The notes under the pieces are model-generated. The model was not told the origin of the DNA. It made no database searches and saw only the letters and a list, made by a program, of their open reading frames with translations. A stretch of DNA of 64,000 nt, taken from positions 9,730 through 73,729 of the forward strand of contig JBAZPZ010000001.1 in assembly GCA_041645495.1 (NCBI GenBank). The letters run 5' to 3'. Shown here piece after piece: positions 9,959 to 19,947 of the stretch (the first letter of the stretch is position 1; each line of letters opens with the position of its first letter). Position numbers and translations under genes: made by a program. Source of the stretch: Fidelibacterota bacterium (GTDB lineage Bacteria > Fidelibacterota > UBA2242).

Positions 9959-10453
9959 CTACTCTTTCTCTTTTGGTTTAAAATATTTGACAAAAATAAC
10001 ACGGTCATCGCCTTCACGGTAAAAATCCCTGATCTGCGCGGCGATCGTGTAACCGTTTCGTAAATAGAATCCGCGGGTCGGTAAGTATTTCTCGACCGAG
10101 GATGTTTCGATAATGATCAATCTGCCGACTTTTCGGGAAACCTCACCTTCGACAAATTGAAGCAATTGTTTGCCGATTCCCTGATTTTGGCAAACCACGT
10201 CCACGACGATCCAGTAAAGATCGAAGGTTCCGATTGTCGCCGGGGTCGGTCCGTAGCATACATAACCGACAATAGAATCCGTTTCGTCGGTTGCCACTTG
10301 AATGGTGTAATCCTTTTGTTCTTTTTGATTCAGGCAGACGTCGATGAGTTCCATCGCTACATCCACCTCCGCCGGAGAAAACATGCCAGTCTGCCTGATA
10401 ATCTGAAGGAGAACCGACCGGTCTTCCGGTTTGATTGAACGAATGTTAATCAT
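9959..10453 (-). CDS. GNAT-family N-acetyltransferase (AblB-like by context)
   Basis: The 164-aa ORF has the GNAT acetyl-CoA motif 'QNQGIGKQLL'. It lies 14 nt upstream of the kamA-like gene and overlaps the ATP-grasp stop. Confidence 0.7.
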   Translation of the reverse strand: MINIRSIKPEDRSVLLQIIRQTGMFSPAEVDVAMELIDVCLNQKEQKDYTIQVATDETDSIVGYVCYGPTPATIGTFDLYWIVVDVVCQNQGIGKQLLQFVEGEVSRKVGRLIIIETSSVEKYLPTRGFYLRNGYTIAAQIRDFYREGDDRVIFVKYFKPKEKE

Positions 10454-11468
10454 GATCCTTTCTTTGTAATGCCGTGATGATTTGTGTCGTCACGAATTCA
10501 TCGTATGAAATTCCCGCGGCTTTCAGCGCTTTGACATATCCCGCCGTGGGAGAGATATCGGGATTCGGATTGTATTCAAGAATGTAAATTTCACCGTGCT
10601 TATCCATCCGAAAATCGACTCGCCCATAACCGCTTCCGTTTAGCAATTCGTACACCCGAAGTGCAAGCGATTGGAGGCGGGCTTGCGTGGCGGAATCCAA
10701 CGTCGTCGGACAGACGGAAGGTGTCTTTTGATAAATGGGATCGTCTTCGCACCATTTCGCATCATAACTTGCGATGTGCGGCAAAGCGGCATCGAGCGCA
10801 TCGAACAGGATTTCCGATGGCGGCAGGGCAACCGGCGAACCGTTTTCCAGAATACCGACGGCAAATTCCCGTCCGTCAACAAACTGCTCGACCAAAATTT
10901 CCTGATGATATCGTTGCAATAACCGTTCGACCGAGGTTTTCAGTTCGGTCATATTCCGGATCACGGCGTTCCGGTCGATTCCGATACTTCCGTCTTCTCT
11001 TGAAGGTTTGGCGATCAACGGAAACCGTAAATGTGTTGCCGCCGGTACATCGGAAAAAGTCTCATAATCGGGAGTCGTTAAACCGGTCGCCCGAAGCATC
11101 TGCTTGGTCAGCACCTTATTCTGTGCGGTTCCAATTGTCAGCGCCGAATTCCCGGTGTACGGGATGTTCAGGAGTTCCCAGATTCCGGCAACGAACATTT
11201 CCTGCTGTGTGTTTCCGCGAAATCCTTCACACAGGTTGAAAATGACGTCAGGTTGAAACGAAACAATCATCTGAATATCTGAAGTCAGATTCTTCAACGG
11301 CAGAACGAGAAGTTGATATCCGAGTCGATCCAGCGACTGCGAAACGGCATCCGCCTCATCTTTAACGCCGGCTTCCGATAAAAATTCGGCATTCTCCGGA
11401 CTGGAGACGTCTTCGAAAGAATTATAGACGACTGCAACTTTTTTTCGTTGTTCTTCTTCGGCAGTCAT
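10446..11468 (-). CDS. ATP-grasp ligase, D-Ala-D-Ala ligase family (paralogue 2)
   Basis: The ORF track gives 10446..11663. The likely true start is 'MTAEEEQRKKVAVVYNSF' at 11468, which overlaps the stop of the upstream ATP-grasp gene in an ATGA arrangement. Ddl-like motifs are present. Confidence 0.7.
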   Translation of the reverse strand: MTAEEEQRKKVAVVYNSFEDVSSPENAEFLSEAGVKDEADAVSQSLDRLGYQLLVLPLKNLTSDIQMIVSFQPDVIFNLCEGFRGNTQQEMFVAGIWELLNIPYTGNSALTIGTAQNKVLTKQMLRATGLTTPDYETFSDVPAATHLRFPLIAKPSREDGSIGIDRNAVIRNMTELKTSVERLLQRYHQEILVEQFVDGREFAVGILENGSPVALPPSEILFDALDAALPHIASYDAKWCEDDPIYQKTPSVCPTTLDSATQARLQSLALRVYELLNGSGYGRVDFRMDKHGEIYILEYNPNPDISPTAGYVKALKAAGISYDEFVTTQIITALQRKDHD

Positions 11469-12517
11469 TATCGGAGGCCGCACCTCGCGGCAGATATGTC
11501 GAGGACTCGATTGAGCATTTGTGAATATGAATAGCCGGCTGTTCGCGCGGCTTTGGGGAAGCAGGAATTCTCGCGTGGATCGGGCAAGATTCCCGGAAGC
11601 GGGTTCAGTTCGAGAATATTTGGAACGCCGTCCGCATCCAAACGCACGTCGATCCGGCACCAATCGCGAATGTTCAGAACCTGATATGCGCGCTTGACCG
11701 TTTTTTCGATCGACGCTCTTAATTCAGGAGAAATCTTCGCCGGACAATCAAAAATATCCAGCGGCTTTTCGGTGGTATCCCACACCCATTTTGCTTCGAA
11801 GGAATAAATCGGTTGCGCGTCTTTCGGCAACTGAGAAAAATTCATCGAGATGATCGGCAGAACTTCGACTTCGGCGCCGTTTCCCCAGAGAGCGACGGTG
11901 AACTCGCGCCCCGGTAAAAACTCCTCAATGATCACCGGTTGCTGATATTTGTCGAAGTTTTCCCGCACAATTCGTTTCAACGATTCATAGTCTTTGACAA
12001 CGGAATTGTTAAAAATGCCTTTACTGCTTCCCTCCGAGATCGGCTTGACGATTGACGGAAATGGAGTGCCGCTTTCCGGAACTTCCTGATCGGGAAAAAT
12101 CATCCGGAACCGCGGATTCGGAACATCGTAATAACTTAAAATTTCCTTGGAACGGGCTTTATTCAGGCAAATCGCCAGCGTCAGCGGGCCCGAACCCGTA
12201 TACGGTAAACCTAAACGCTCGCACATCAACGGAACATAAGACTCGCGCAAGTCCCCAAATAATCCTTCGGCTACGTTAAAGACGATTTGCGGCCTGGCTT
12301 TTTCCAACCGCCGCATAATCGCATCATCGCCTTCGAAGCCGACGACCTCGTGCCCGTTTTCTTTGAATGAATTGATGATAGAATGTACCGTCCGAAGACT
12401 ATCGCCTTCGGCGAAAAGGTCGGGAGGAATATCTTCGTCATCCAGCTCGGAGGCGAAGCGTTTTTTATACTCCTTCACTAAACCTTTTTTCGTACTATAA
12501 GTGACAGCGATCTTCAT
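11468..12517 (-). CDS. ATP-grasp ligase, D-Ala-D-Ala ligase family (paralogue 1)
   Basis: The 349-aa ORF starts 'MKIAVTYSTKKG', a Ddl-like N-terminus. The pattern 'E.LPG.E...L.....L..LNP.PG' matches the ATP-grasp C-terminal region. Confidence 0.7.
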   Translation of the reverse strand: MKIAVTYSTKKGLVKEYKKRFASELDDEDIPPDLFAEGDSLRTVHSIINSFKENGHEVVGFEGDDAIMRRLEKARPQIVFNVAEGLFGDLRESYVPLMCERLGLPYTGSGPLTLAICLNKARSKEILSYYDVPNPRFRMIFPDQEVPESGTPFPSIVKPISEGSSKGIFNNSVVKDYESLKRIVRENFDKYQQPVIIEEFLPGREFTVALWGNGAEVEVLPIISMNFSQLPKDAQPIYSFEAKWVWDTTEKPLDIFDCPAKISPELRASIEKTVKRAYQVLNIRDWCRIDVRLDADGVPNILELNPLPGILPDPRENSCFPKAARTAGYSYSQMLNRVLDISAARCGLR

Positions 12518-12621
12518 TTTTGTCGCGGTGAATTTAAGTATATTTTCACAGAATAAAAGAAATATTTTTGGAAATTTTTAAAAAAATTTTGTGGCACTAT
12601 ATATACAACCGGAAGCGCAAA

Positions 12622-13272
12622 TTATTTCAGCGGTACAATATATTTGACCATCAGGATAAAATGGCAAACACTGCCCAGAATCACGAACAAGTGGAAAATT
12701 TCATGAAAACCAAAGACTGGCGGAAAGGGATTCGGCCATTTTTTTGAATAGATGACGGCGCCGATTGTATAAAAGAGTCCACCGGCCAGCAACCAGACCA
12801 ACGCTTCCCACCCAACTGCGCGAACGAGTGGAACCAGTGCGATCACTGCCAGCCAGCCCATCAAAACGTAAATTGCTGTCGCAAGCCGACGAGGCGCTTC
12901 CATCCAAACGGTTTTCAAGATGATTCCAATAAGCGCCGTTGCCCACACCAATCCAAACAAAGTCCAGCCCCATCCGCCCCGAATCGGGATCAGGCAGATG
13001 GGCGTATAGGTCGAGGCAATAAAGATGAAGATCATCATGTGGTCGATCCGTCGGAGTCGAAGCGTATTTTCCTCGGATAAATTTAACCAATGATAGACGG
13101 TGCTCGCTGTATAGGACAACAGCATTCCTGCCCCGTAAATCGAAAAACTGACGATATGCCACGGTTTTGCCGGATGGCTGGAACGAAGGATGAGAATGAC
13201 CAGCGCCGCGACTGACGCTAACACACCGAGAAAATGTATGAATCCGCTGACGGGATCTTTGAACTTTTTCAT
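12622..13272 (-). CDS. Hemolysin III / PAQR-family channel protein
   Basis: The 216-aa ORF has seven TM segments and the conserved HlyIII motifs 'YHW', 'RRIDH' and 'FHEIFH'. Confidence 0.8.
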   Translation of the reverse strand: MKKFKDPVSGFIHFLGVLASVAALVILILRSSHPAKPWHIVSFSIYGAGMLLSYTASTVYHWLNLSEENTLRLRRIDHMMIFIFIASTYTPICLIPIRGGWGWTLFGLVWATALIGIILKTVWMEAPRRLATAIYVLMGWLAVIALVPLVRAVGWEALVWLLAGGLFYTIGAVIYSKKWPNPFPPVFGFHEIFHLFVILGSVCHFILMVKYIVPLK

Positions 13273-13323
13273 TCTAAATATTCTTTCTTACAAGGGATGG
13301 TACCGGTACGCCGGACATCAGAA

Positions 13324-14502
13324 TCATTGTCCGATATTGAATGCCTTTTGCAGAGTGTTGAAATAAGACGGCTCGTCGGCAAACGTATCATAAGAAAAGA
13401 AAACCACATTGCGGAAGCCGCTCGATAGGCTGATCATCGTTTTTGCCATCGCATCGAATTTATTCTGGTTGTAAACGCCGATTCCCATCCAGATTCTACT
13501 TTTCGGGATGGACGGATCGATTTCCCGCGTGATGGTCTCAAACCTGTCGGCGTTTCTGGCATAATTCATCGGAACCGCGAAATCGATCCAATCGTTTTTC
13601 AGCCACGTTTCCCAATCCTGAAAGAAATGATTTTTCGCTTCGACCGGATCGGGTTTGACAGCGGTGCTAAGTTTAACAGGTTTCTGCGTGGCCGTCAGAG
13701 ATTCCCGAATACCGCGAATCAGTTCGTTGATGCCTTCTCTCCGGAATTCACTCCAGTCGTCCATGGTCTGTTCCAGCACCCGATCGTCCCATCCGGCATA
13801 GAACGATTTGTTGGAGATGGACAGAAGAATCGGATCGACACCACTTTTCTGTTTGAATCGAAACCGCGCCTGCTCGTTGAAGTCGTAGGTGTTTTTCGGA
13901 TACCGGACATAATCTAAATGCACACCGTCGATCGGATATTTCTGTACCAATTCGGAGACTATTTGAATGAGATGAAGCCGAACTTCCGGGACGAGCGGTG
14001 AGAGATAAATTCCTTCCGTTCCGTTCTTCCTGAATTCGTTGGCGGAGCGATCGATATCCCGGATTCCATTTGCATCGATCGCACACCATTCCGGATGTTT
14101 CCAAAAAAGATGTTCGCGGTTCTTCGGTCTGTCATCCGAAGACCACAATAAATAAACGTTCAGCCAGACGTGAACTTTCAACCCGTTGGCGTGAGCCATG
14201 ACGAGCGCATAGTCGAGCGGATCGAAATCGCTCCCGTTGAGTCGGTCGGCCATCGGCGCGATTTCCGAACGGTAATACGCATCGCCGCGACCTCTGACCT
14301 GAATGAAGAGATCAGTGAATCCGTTGAGTGACGCAAATTCGACAAAACGATCAATGTTCTTCTTGTCCGTCATCTGGTTGCGGACGATCCACAGACCAAG
14401 ATGGCGTTCCTGCGAAAAGAGTTCGGAGAAATTCATCAGGATAAAAAGAAAGAGGGCAGCGAATATCGCTGCCCAACGGTTATTTCGCCGATCGTTATGC
14501 AA
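13324..14502 (-). CDS. Glycoside-hydrolase-like GHL10 (DUF187/YngK) family protein, secreted
   Basis: The 392-aa ORF has a signal peptide and the motifs 'GFTDLFIQVRGRGDAYY' and 'DGVHLDYVRYP', typical of the GHL10 TIM-barrel family. Confidence 0.55.
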   Translation of the reverse strand: MHNDRRNNRWAAIFAALFLFILMNFSELFSQERHLGLWIVRNQMTDKKNIDRFVEFASLNGFTDLFIQVRGRGDAYYRSEIAPMADRLNGSDFDPLDYALVMAHANGLKVHVWLNVYLLWSSDDRPKNREHLFWKHPEWCAIDANGIRDIDRSANEFRKNGTEGIYLSPLVPEVRLHLIQIVSELVQKYPIDGVHLDYVRYPKNTYDFNEQARFRFKQKSGVDPILLSISNKSFYAGWDDRVLEQTMDDWSEFRREGINELIRGIRESLTATQKPVKLSTAVKPDPVEAKNHFFQDWETWLKNDWIDFAVPMNYARNADRFETITREIDPSIPKSRIWMGIGVYNQNKFDAMAKTMISLSSGFRNVVFFSYDTFADEPSYFNTLQKAFNIGQ

Positions 14503-14516
14503 TCGGAAGTTCGCTT

Positions 14517-15011
14517 TTATTCTCCCTTCTTCTCGGTTTTTGGAGCCGGAGTGGGAGCCTCGGTTTTTCCCTTGGCTTCGGTGGGAACTTCCTTCCCTTT
14601 TTCGGCGGATTCTTTTTTGGAAGGCTTTGCCGGTTTCTTTTCTTCGACCGGTTTTTTATAATCGACAAATTCGATGAGCGAAACCGCGGCGGCGTCGTTA
14701 TCCCGGAATCCTAATTTGACGATTCGCGTATATCCGCCGTTGCGCGTCGCATATTGCGGCGCGATGTGGTCGAATAACTGCTTGACGAGGGTTCTGTCAT
14801 TCAGAACTTTGTAAGCGAGTCTTCTGTGGTGAATCGTGCCTTTTTTCCCAAAGGTGATGAGACGTTCGACGACGCGTCTGAGTTCTTTCGCACGGGCGTC
14901 GGTCGTCTTGATTTTTCCATGTTGGATCAGCGAACCTGCCATATTGGATAACATCGCCTTTCGGTGACTGGCTACCATCCCAAGTTTCGCTACACGTTTC
15001 TGGTGGCGCAT
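14517..15011 (-). CDS. rplQ: 50S ribosomal protein L17 with a 45-aa Lys/Glu/Pro-rich C-terminal extension
   Basis: The L17 core is followed by a 'KKPVEEKKPAKPSKKESAEKGKE...' tail. Confidence 0.9.
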   Translation of the reverse strand: MRHQKRVAKLGMVASHRKAMLSNMAGSLIQHGKIKTTDARAKELRRVVERLITFGKKGTIHHRRLAYKVLNDRTLVKQLFDHIAPQYATRNGGYTRIVKLGFRDNDAAAVSLIEFVDYKKPVEEKKPAKPSKKESAEKGKEVPTEAKGKTEAPTPAPKTEKKGE

Positions 15012-15032
15012 TTCTACAAACTCCTATCGGTG

Positions 15033-16010
15033 TTAATCTTCTTTTTCAATTAAATATTTCTCGACATCGACTCCGAATTCGAGGTTCATGCTTTTGAGTT
15101 TCGCCATCAGCTCGTTCAACGATTTGCGTCCGAAATTCTTGAACTTCAGCATCTCCGACTCTTCTTTCGAAACCAGGTCGGCAATCGTCCTGATATTATT
15201 GGCTTTCAGGCAATTATACGAACGAACGGAAAGTTCCATCTCATCGACACTCTTCTTCAGCAGGTTCCGCACTTTGACGATATCCTCGTTAGGAATATCC
15301 TTCGGGAAATCGACCGGTTTAGATTCCACTTTGGAAAAGAGCGAGAAATATTCTTTCAGCAGATTCGAGGCAATGTCAATGGATTCTTCCGGCGTGATGC
15401 TTCCGTCGGTTTCGATTTCCAGCGTCATCTTTTCCAGAATTTCCCGGGACGTGCCTGGCAGGTTTTCGACCTGGAAAGAAACGTTGGTGATCGGCGAAAA
15501 GATGGAGTCGATGAAAATCGTGCCGATCGGGTAATCAATCGTCTTGTTTTTCTCGGCCGGCACCCAGCCGGTTCCGCGCGATATTTTCAATTCTATCGTG
15601 AAATCTGCTTTTTCGTTCAGCGTACAGATATGAATCTCTGGATTGAGAATCTTGAACTGCGTCGTGTCTTTGCCGATCTCGCCGGCGAGAAGTTCGCCTT
15701 CGCCTTTGCAGTGAAGATGAATTTTGTCCGGTTTCGGATCATACAATTTCAGACGCACCTGTTTGAAGTTGAGGATTATGTCCGCCACATCTTCCTTGAC
15801 GCCTGTAATGGAGGCAAATTCATGAAGAACGCCGTCTATTTTGATCGACGAGATTGCGGCGCCGGGAATCGAAGTCAACAGGACTCGTCGGAGCGCATTT
15901 CCGATCGTCGTTCCAAAACCGCGCTCCAACGGTTGTACGACATAAACGCCGTGCGTGGCTGTGGATTGTTCTTTTACAACTCTGGCTATGATTTGCTCTT
16001 GTGTGGTCAT
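15033..16010 (-). CDS. rpoA: DNA-directed RNA polymerase alpha subunit
   Basis: The 325-aa ORF has the RpoA NTD and CTD. Confidence 0.95.
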   Translation of the reverse strand: MTTQEQIIARVVKEQSTATHGVYVVQPLERGFGTTIGNALRRVLLTSIPGAAISSIKIDGVLHEFASITGVKEDVADIILNFKQVRLKLYDPKPDKIHLHCKGEGELLAGEIGKDTTQFKILNPEIHICTLNEKADFTIELKISRGTGWVPAEKNKTIDYPIGTIFIDSIFSPITNVSFQVENLPGTSREILEKMTLEIETDGSITPEESIDIASNLLKEYFSLFSKVESKPVDFPKDIPNEDIVKVRNLLKKSVDEMELSVRSYNCLKANNIRTIADLVSKEESEMLKFKNFGRKSLNELMAKLKSMNLEFGVDVEKYLIEKED

Positions 16011-16021
16011 TTATCTCCTCA

Positions 16022-16651
16022 CTATTTAGAATAGAGTTCAACGACTAATTGTTCGTTCACGTCCACACCCATTTGGTCTCTTTCGGGAACCTGAACAAAA
16101 ATGCCCTGCAGTTTGGCTTTGTCAAGGATCAGCCAGGAAAGTTCATGGTCGCCGTGAATTCGTTTCATGGATTCATGGATAGCGTCCATTTTCCGGCTTT
16201 TTTCTCTGACCTGAATGACGTCGTTTGATTTAACGAGATAGGAAGGAATGGTGACGATTTTCCCATTGACGGTAAAATGTCTGTGGCTGACCAACTCGCG
16301 CGCCATTTTCCTGGAGGATGCGAATCCAAGCCGATAGACGACATTGTCGAGGCGGGTTTCCAAAAGTTTCATCAGGTTGGTGCCTGTGATGCCTTTCTGT
16401 CCGGTCGCGATCTCGAAATAGCGTCTGAACTGCTTTTCAAATATCCCGTAAATTCTCTTGATTTTTTGTTTCTCTCTCAACTGCAAACCGTAGTTTGACA
16501 GCCGTCTGCGATTGGTCTGTCCATGTTGTCCCGGGACGTAGCTCTTTGTCTCGAAAGAGCATTTGGTGCCGTTGCACCGCTCGCCTTTCAGAAAGAGCTT
16601 CTTGCCTTCTCTGCGGCACAACTTACAAACCGGACCTGTATATCTTCCCAT
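16022..16651 (-). CDS. rpsD: 30S ribosomal protein S4
   Basis: The 209-aa ORF starts with the S4 N-terminus 'MGRYTGPVCKLCRREG'. Confidence 0.95.
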   Translation of the reverse strand: MGRYTGPVCKLCRREGKKLFLKGERCNGTKCSFETKSYVPGQHGQTNRRRLSNYGLQLREKQKIKRIYGIFEKQFRRYFEIATGQKGITGTNLMKLLETRLDNVVYRLGFASSRKMARELVSHRHFTVNGKIVTIPSYLVKSNDVIQVREKSRKMDAIHESMKRIHGDHELSWLILDKAKLQGIFVQVPERDQMGVDVNEQLVVELYSK

Positions 16652-16675
16652 CTATGATACTCCCAAGATTTGACT

Positions 16676-17068
16676 TTATACCCTTCTGCGTTTCGGAGGC
16701 CTGCATCCGTTATGCGGGATGGGCGTGACGTCTTTGATCGACATGATCTGGAGTCCTGCCAGATTCAGCGCGCGTATGGCGGCTTCTCTGCCAGCACCCG
16801 GGCCTTTGACCCGAACTTCGACGCGGCTCAATCCCAGTTCCATCGCTTCCTTTGCGGCTTTCGTGGATGCCAACTGAGCGGCAAACGGAGTGTTTTTCCG
16901 GGAGCCTTTGAAACCGGCGGCTCCCGCCGATGCCCACGAGATCACATTTCCGAAATTATCCGTGAGCGAAATGATTGTATTATTAAAGGTCGCCTTGACG
17001 GTCGCTATACCTTCGGCGTCCGCCCTAATTTTTTTCTTCTTCTTCGTTGCGGCACGTTTTTGTGGCAA
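16676..17068 (-). CDS. rpsK: 30S ribosomal protein S11
   Basis: 130 aa; S11 sequence. Confidence 0.95.
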   Translation of the reverse strand: MPQKRAATKKKKKIRADAEGIATVKATFNNTIISLTDNFGNVISWASAGAAGFKGSRKNTPFAAQLASTKAAKEAMELGLSRVEVRVKGPGAGREAAIRALNLAGLQIMSIKDVTPIPHNGCRPPKRRRV

Positions 17069-17085
17069 TTCAGATACCTCCTTTA

Positions 17086-17472
17086 TTATCCTTTCTTACC
17101 GACTTTCGTCTTCTTCCTGCTGACCGTCCGTCTCGGACCTTTAGCGGTGCGGGCGTTGGTCTTCGTGCGCTGTCCTCTGACAGGCAATCCACGTCTGTGT
17201 CTAAGGCCCCGATAGCTTCCGATTTCCATCAGACGCTTGATATTCATCTGGTTTTCCGTTCGGAGCGCGCCTTCGACTTTTTCTTCGTTGCTGATCACGT
17301 TTCGTATGTCTTTGACCTGTTCTTCTGTCAGATTTTTCACACGGATTTCGGGATCGACATTCGCTTTCAGCAGAATATTCGTGGCTGTAGTTAGACCTAT
17401 ACCAAAGATATAGGTCAAAGCAATTTTTACTTTTTTATCATTAGGTAAATCTACACCGGCAATTCGAGCCAA
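17086..17472 (-). CDS. rpsM: 30S ribosomal protein S13
   Basis: The ORF starts '[10 protein letters not shown]', as S13 does. Confidence 0.95.
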   Translation of the reverse strand: MARIAGVDLPNDKKVKIALTYIFGIGLTTATNILLKANVDPEIRVKNLTEEQVKDIRNVISNEEKVEGALRTENQMNIKRLMEIGSYRGLRHRRGLPVRGQRTKTNARTAKGPRRTVSRKKTKVGKKG

Positions 17473-17491
17473 AATTTCCTCCTACTACCTG

Positions 17492-17605
17492 TTAACCCTG
17501 GCGTTGTTTGTGCTTCGGGTTGCTACAAATGACTCTTACCACACCTTTGCGACGAATGATTTTGCATTTATCACAAATTTTCTTGACTGATGATCTCACT
17601 TTCAT
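17492..17605 (-). CDS. rpmJ: 50S ribosomal protein L36 (zinc-ribbon form)
   Basis: This gene is not in the ORF track. My own translation gives [37 protein letters not shown] (37 aa), with the L36 C-x2-C...C-x4-H pattern. Confidence 0.85.
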   Translation of the reverse strand: MKVRSSVKKICDKCKIIRRKGVVRVICSNPKHKQRQG

Positions 17606-17617
17606 GGTCTGTCCACT

Positions 17618-17836
17618 TTATTTATATCTGTAAGTTATTCTTCCTTTGCTCAGGTCGTACGGCGAGAGCTCCAGCGTCACCTTGTCGCCCGGCAAAATCT
17701 TGATGAAATGCATCCTCATCTTGCCGGAAACATGTGCCAGAACCTCGTGCCCGTTTTCAAGGACAACCCTAAACGAAGCATTGGGCAAGTTCTCTTTGAT
17801 CGTTCCATCCACCTTGATTAGTTTTTCTTTCGTCAT
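17618..17836 (-). CDS. infA: Translation initiation factor IF-1
   Basis: The S1-like IF-1 sequence is present. The likely start is '[11 protein letters not shown]'; the track ORF extends to 17857 and would overlap map. Confidence 0.9.
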   Translation of the reverse strand: MTKEKLIKVDGTIKENLPNASFRVVLENGHEVLAHVSGKMRMHFIKILPGDKVTLELSPYDLSKGRITYRYK

Positions 17837-17849
17837 GCGTTCTGTTCTT

Positions 17850-18599
17850 TCATTCACTCACGGACAGAATAATCGGTCCGTTCTCGGTGATGGCAATTGT
17901 GTGTTCGTAATGTGCCGATGGTTGATGATCGACTGTGACGACCGTCCATCCATCGTTTAAAGCATAAACCTCGAATGTCCCGGCGTTTACCATCGGTTCG
18001 ATCGCCAGACACATTCCCGGTCTGAGAACCGGTCCTCTGCCGGGTTCGCCGTAATTCGGGACTTCCGGACTTTCATGAAGTCTCTGACCGATGCCGTGAC
18101 CGACCATGTCGCGCACGACCGAAAACCCATTCTCTTCGACAAAAAACTGAACGGCGTTTCCGATGTCGGACAGGTGCTTGCCCGGAAGCGCTTTTTCGAT
18201 TCCTTTGTATAAAGATTCCTTTGTGACCTGCATCAGGCGGGCTTTGGTTTCGCTGACTTCGCCGACGGCAAATGTGAAAGCGGCGTCACCGTAGTAACCA
18301 TCTTTCTCGACGCCAACGTCGATCCCGACGATCTGTCCTGCCAGCAGTTCTCTCTTTGACGGAATGCCGTGAACCACCTCTTCGTCGATGCTGATGCAAA
18401 TACTCGCCGGATACCCGCGATAACCCTTGAAGGCCGATTTAGCATGTTGACTATGAATATATTCTTCCGCAATCCTGTCGAGTTTCCTCGTCTGGACTCC
18501 GGGCTTCATCTCCAACCCGAGAACGTGAAGTGTTTCGGACACGATTCGGTTACTCTCGCGCATCTTCTCGATTTCTTCTTCTGAGCGAATATAGATCAT
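17850..18599 (-). CDS. map: Methionine aminopeptidase type I
   Basis: 249 aa; MetAP metal-ligand pattern. Confidence 0.9.
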   Translation of the reverse strand: MIYIRSEEEIEKMRESNRIVSETLHVLGLEMKPGVQTRKLDRIAEEYIHSQHAKSAFKGYRGYPASICISIDEEVVHGIPSKRELLAGQIVGIDVGVEKDGYYGDAAFTFAVGEVSETKARLMQVTKESLYKGIEKALPGKHLSDIGNAVQFFVEENGFSVVRDMVGHGIGQRLHESPEVPNYGEPGRGPVLRPGMCLAIEPMVNAGTFEVYALNDGWTVVTVDHQPSAHYEHTIAITENGPIILSVSE

Positions 18600-18609
18600 A
18601 TGACGTCTT

Positions 18610-19947
18610 TTAATGACGACCTCTCAATTTGCCGCTTTTCAGAAATCCGTCGTAGTGCCGCATCAGCAAATGCGATTCGATTTGCTGAAGCGTGTCCAGC
18701 GCAACGCCGACAATAATCAACAAACTGGTACCGCCGAAAAAGGACGCCAGATCGTAGTTAATGTCCATGACGTTCATCAGGATATACGGAAAAACGGCGA
18801 TGAATGCGAGGAAAATAGAACCCGGCAGGGTCACTTTCGTCAGGATATTGTCGATGAATTCGGAGGTCTTTTTTCCGGGACGAATGCCGGGAATGAAACC
18901 GCCGTATTTCTTCATATTATCGGCAACCTCGATCGGATTGAAGGCGATCGCCGTATAAAAATAGGTAAAGAACACAATGAACAGGCCGTAAATCAACCAG
19001 TAAACCGGCGATTGCACGCTAAAGAACCGCATCATGCCTTGAATCGCATCGCTCTGCGGGAAAAATGTTGCGATCGTGCTGGGAATGAACATGATAGATT
19101 GCGCAAAAATGATCGGCATGACGCCTGCCGTATTGACCCGCAATGGAATATGCGTCGCCTGACCGCCATAGACTTTTCGTCCGACGACACGTTTGGCATA
19201 CTGAACCGGAATTTTCCGCTGTCCCTGCGTCAACAGTACCACAAATCCGACGATAGCGAACATCAACCCGACCAGGATGACTTCCGTAAATATCCCCCGG
19301 ACATCTTCCTTGATCAACGAGATTTCACTGACAAATACATTGGGCAGACGCGCGATGATACCGATCATGATGATCAGTGAAATTCCATTCCCGATACCGC
19401 GCTCTGTAATTTTCTCGCCGAGCCACATGATCAACACGGTTCCGGCGGTCAGAGTCACCATCGCTATCATCGTAAAACCAAATCCGGGATGCGGAACAAC
19501 CGGTAGAATCTGGTTGCCGATGCGGGCTGACATCTGCGGACTCATCAGGAACTGGGCAATACCGAACGCCTGAAGTGCCGAGATGAGGACCGTTCCGTAA
19601 CGGGTTAGTTGCGTAATTTTTTTCCGCCCCTCTTCGCCTTCCTTTTGAAGCTTCTGAAAATAGGGAATCACAGCGCCGAGTAACTGAATGATGATCGAAG
19701 CACTGATGTACGGCATGATGCCGAGAGCAAAGAGCGTTGCGCGCGAAAATGCACCGCCCGCGAAAAGATCATACAATCCGAACAGAGTATTAGAGAAATT
19801 CCGCATCGCCGCACCCATGACTTCGCTGTCGATGCCGGGGATGGGGATGTGCGAACCGATCCGGATAACGATGAGGATCGCTAAGGTGTAAAAAATACGT
19901 TTTCTTAGTTCGGGAATTCGAAAGATACTCTGGAATTGTTGTTTCAT
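18610..19947 (-). CDS. secY: Preprotein translocase subunit SecY
   Basis: 445 aa; 10 TM segments; SecY sequence. Confidence 0.95.
   Translation of the reverse strand: MKQQFQSIFRIPELRKRIFYTLAILIVIRIGSHIPIPGIDSEVMGAAMRNFSNTLFGLYDLFAGGAFSRATLFALGIMPYISASIIIQLLGAVIPYFQKLQKEGEEGRKKITQLTRYGTVLISALQAFGIAQFLMSPQMSARIGNQILPVVPHPGFGFTMIAMVTLTAGTVLIMWLGEKITERGIGNGISLIIMIGIIARLPNVFVSEISLIKEDVRGIFTEVILVGLMFAIVGFVVLLTQGQRKIPVQYAKRVVGRKVYGGQATHIPLRVNTAGVMPIIFAQSIMFIPSTIATFFPQSDAIQGMMRFFSVQSPVYWLIYGLFIVFFTYFYTAIAFNPIEVADNMKKYGGFIPGIRPGKKTSEFIDNILTKVTLPGSIFLAFIAVFPYILMNVMDINYDLASFFGGTSLLIIVGVALDTLQQIESHLLMRHYDGFLKSGKLRGRH

Noticed and set aside
10640-11239. 192-aa and 83-aa plus-strand ORFs, and an 80-aa minus-strand ORF, inside the ATP-grasp gene.
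   Set aside because: They are shadow ORFs, Arg-rich and without signals.
12518-12621. 'TGGCAC' at ~12590, a possible sigma-54 -24 element upstream of the ATP-grasp operon.
   Set aside because: It is on the wrong strand for the minus-strand operon. The required TTGC -12 element is absent at the correct spacing (the sequence reads TGGCACtatatATACA).
12701-13162. A 153-aa ORF inside the hemolysin III gene.
   Set aside because: It is an alternative frame of a well-supported membrane protein gene.
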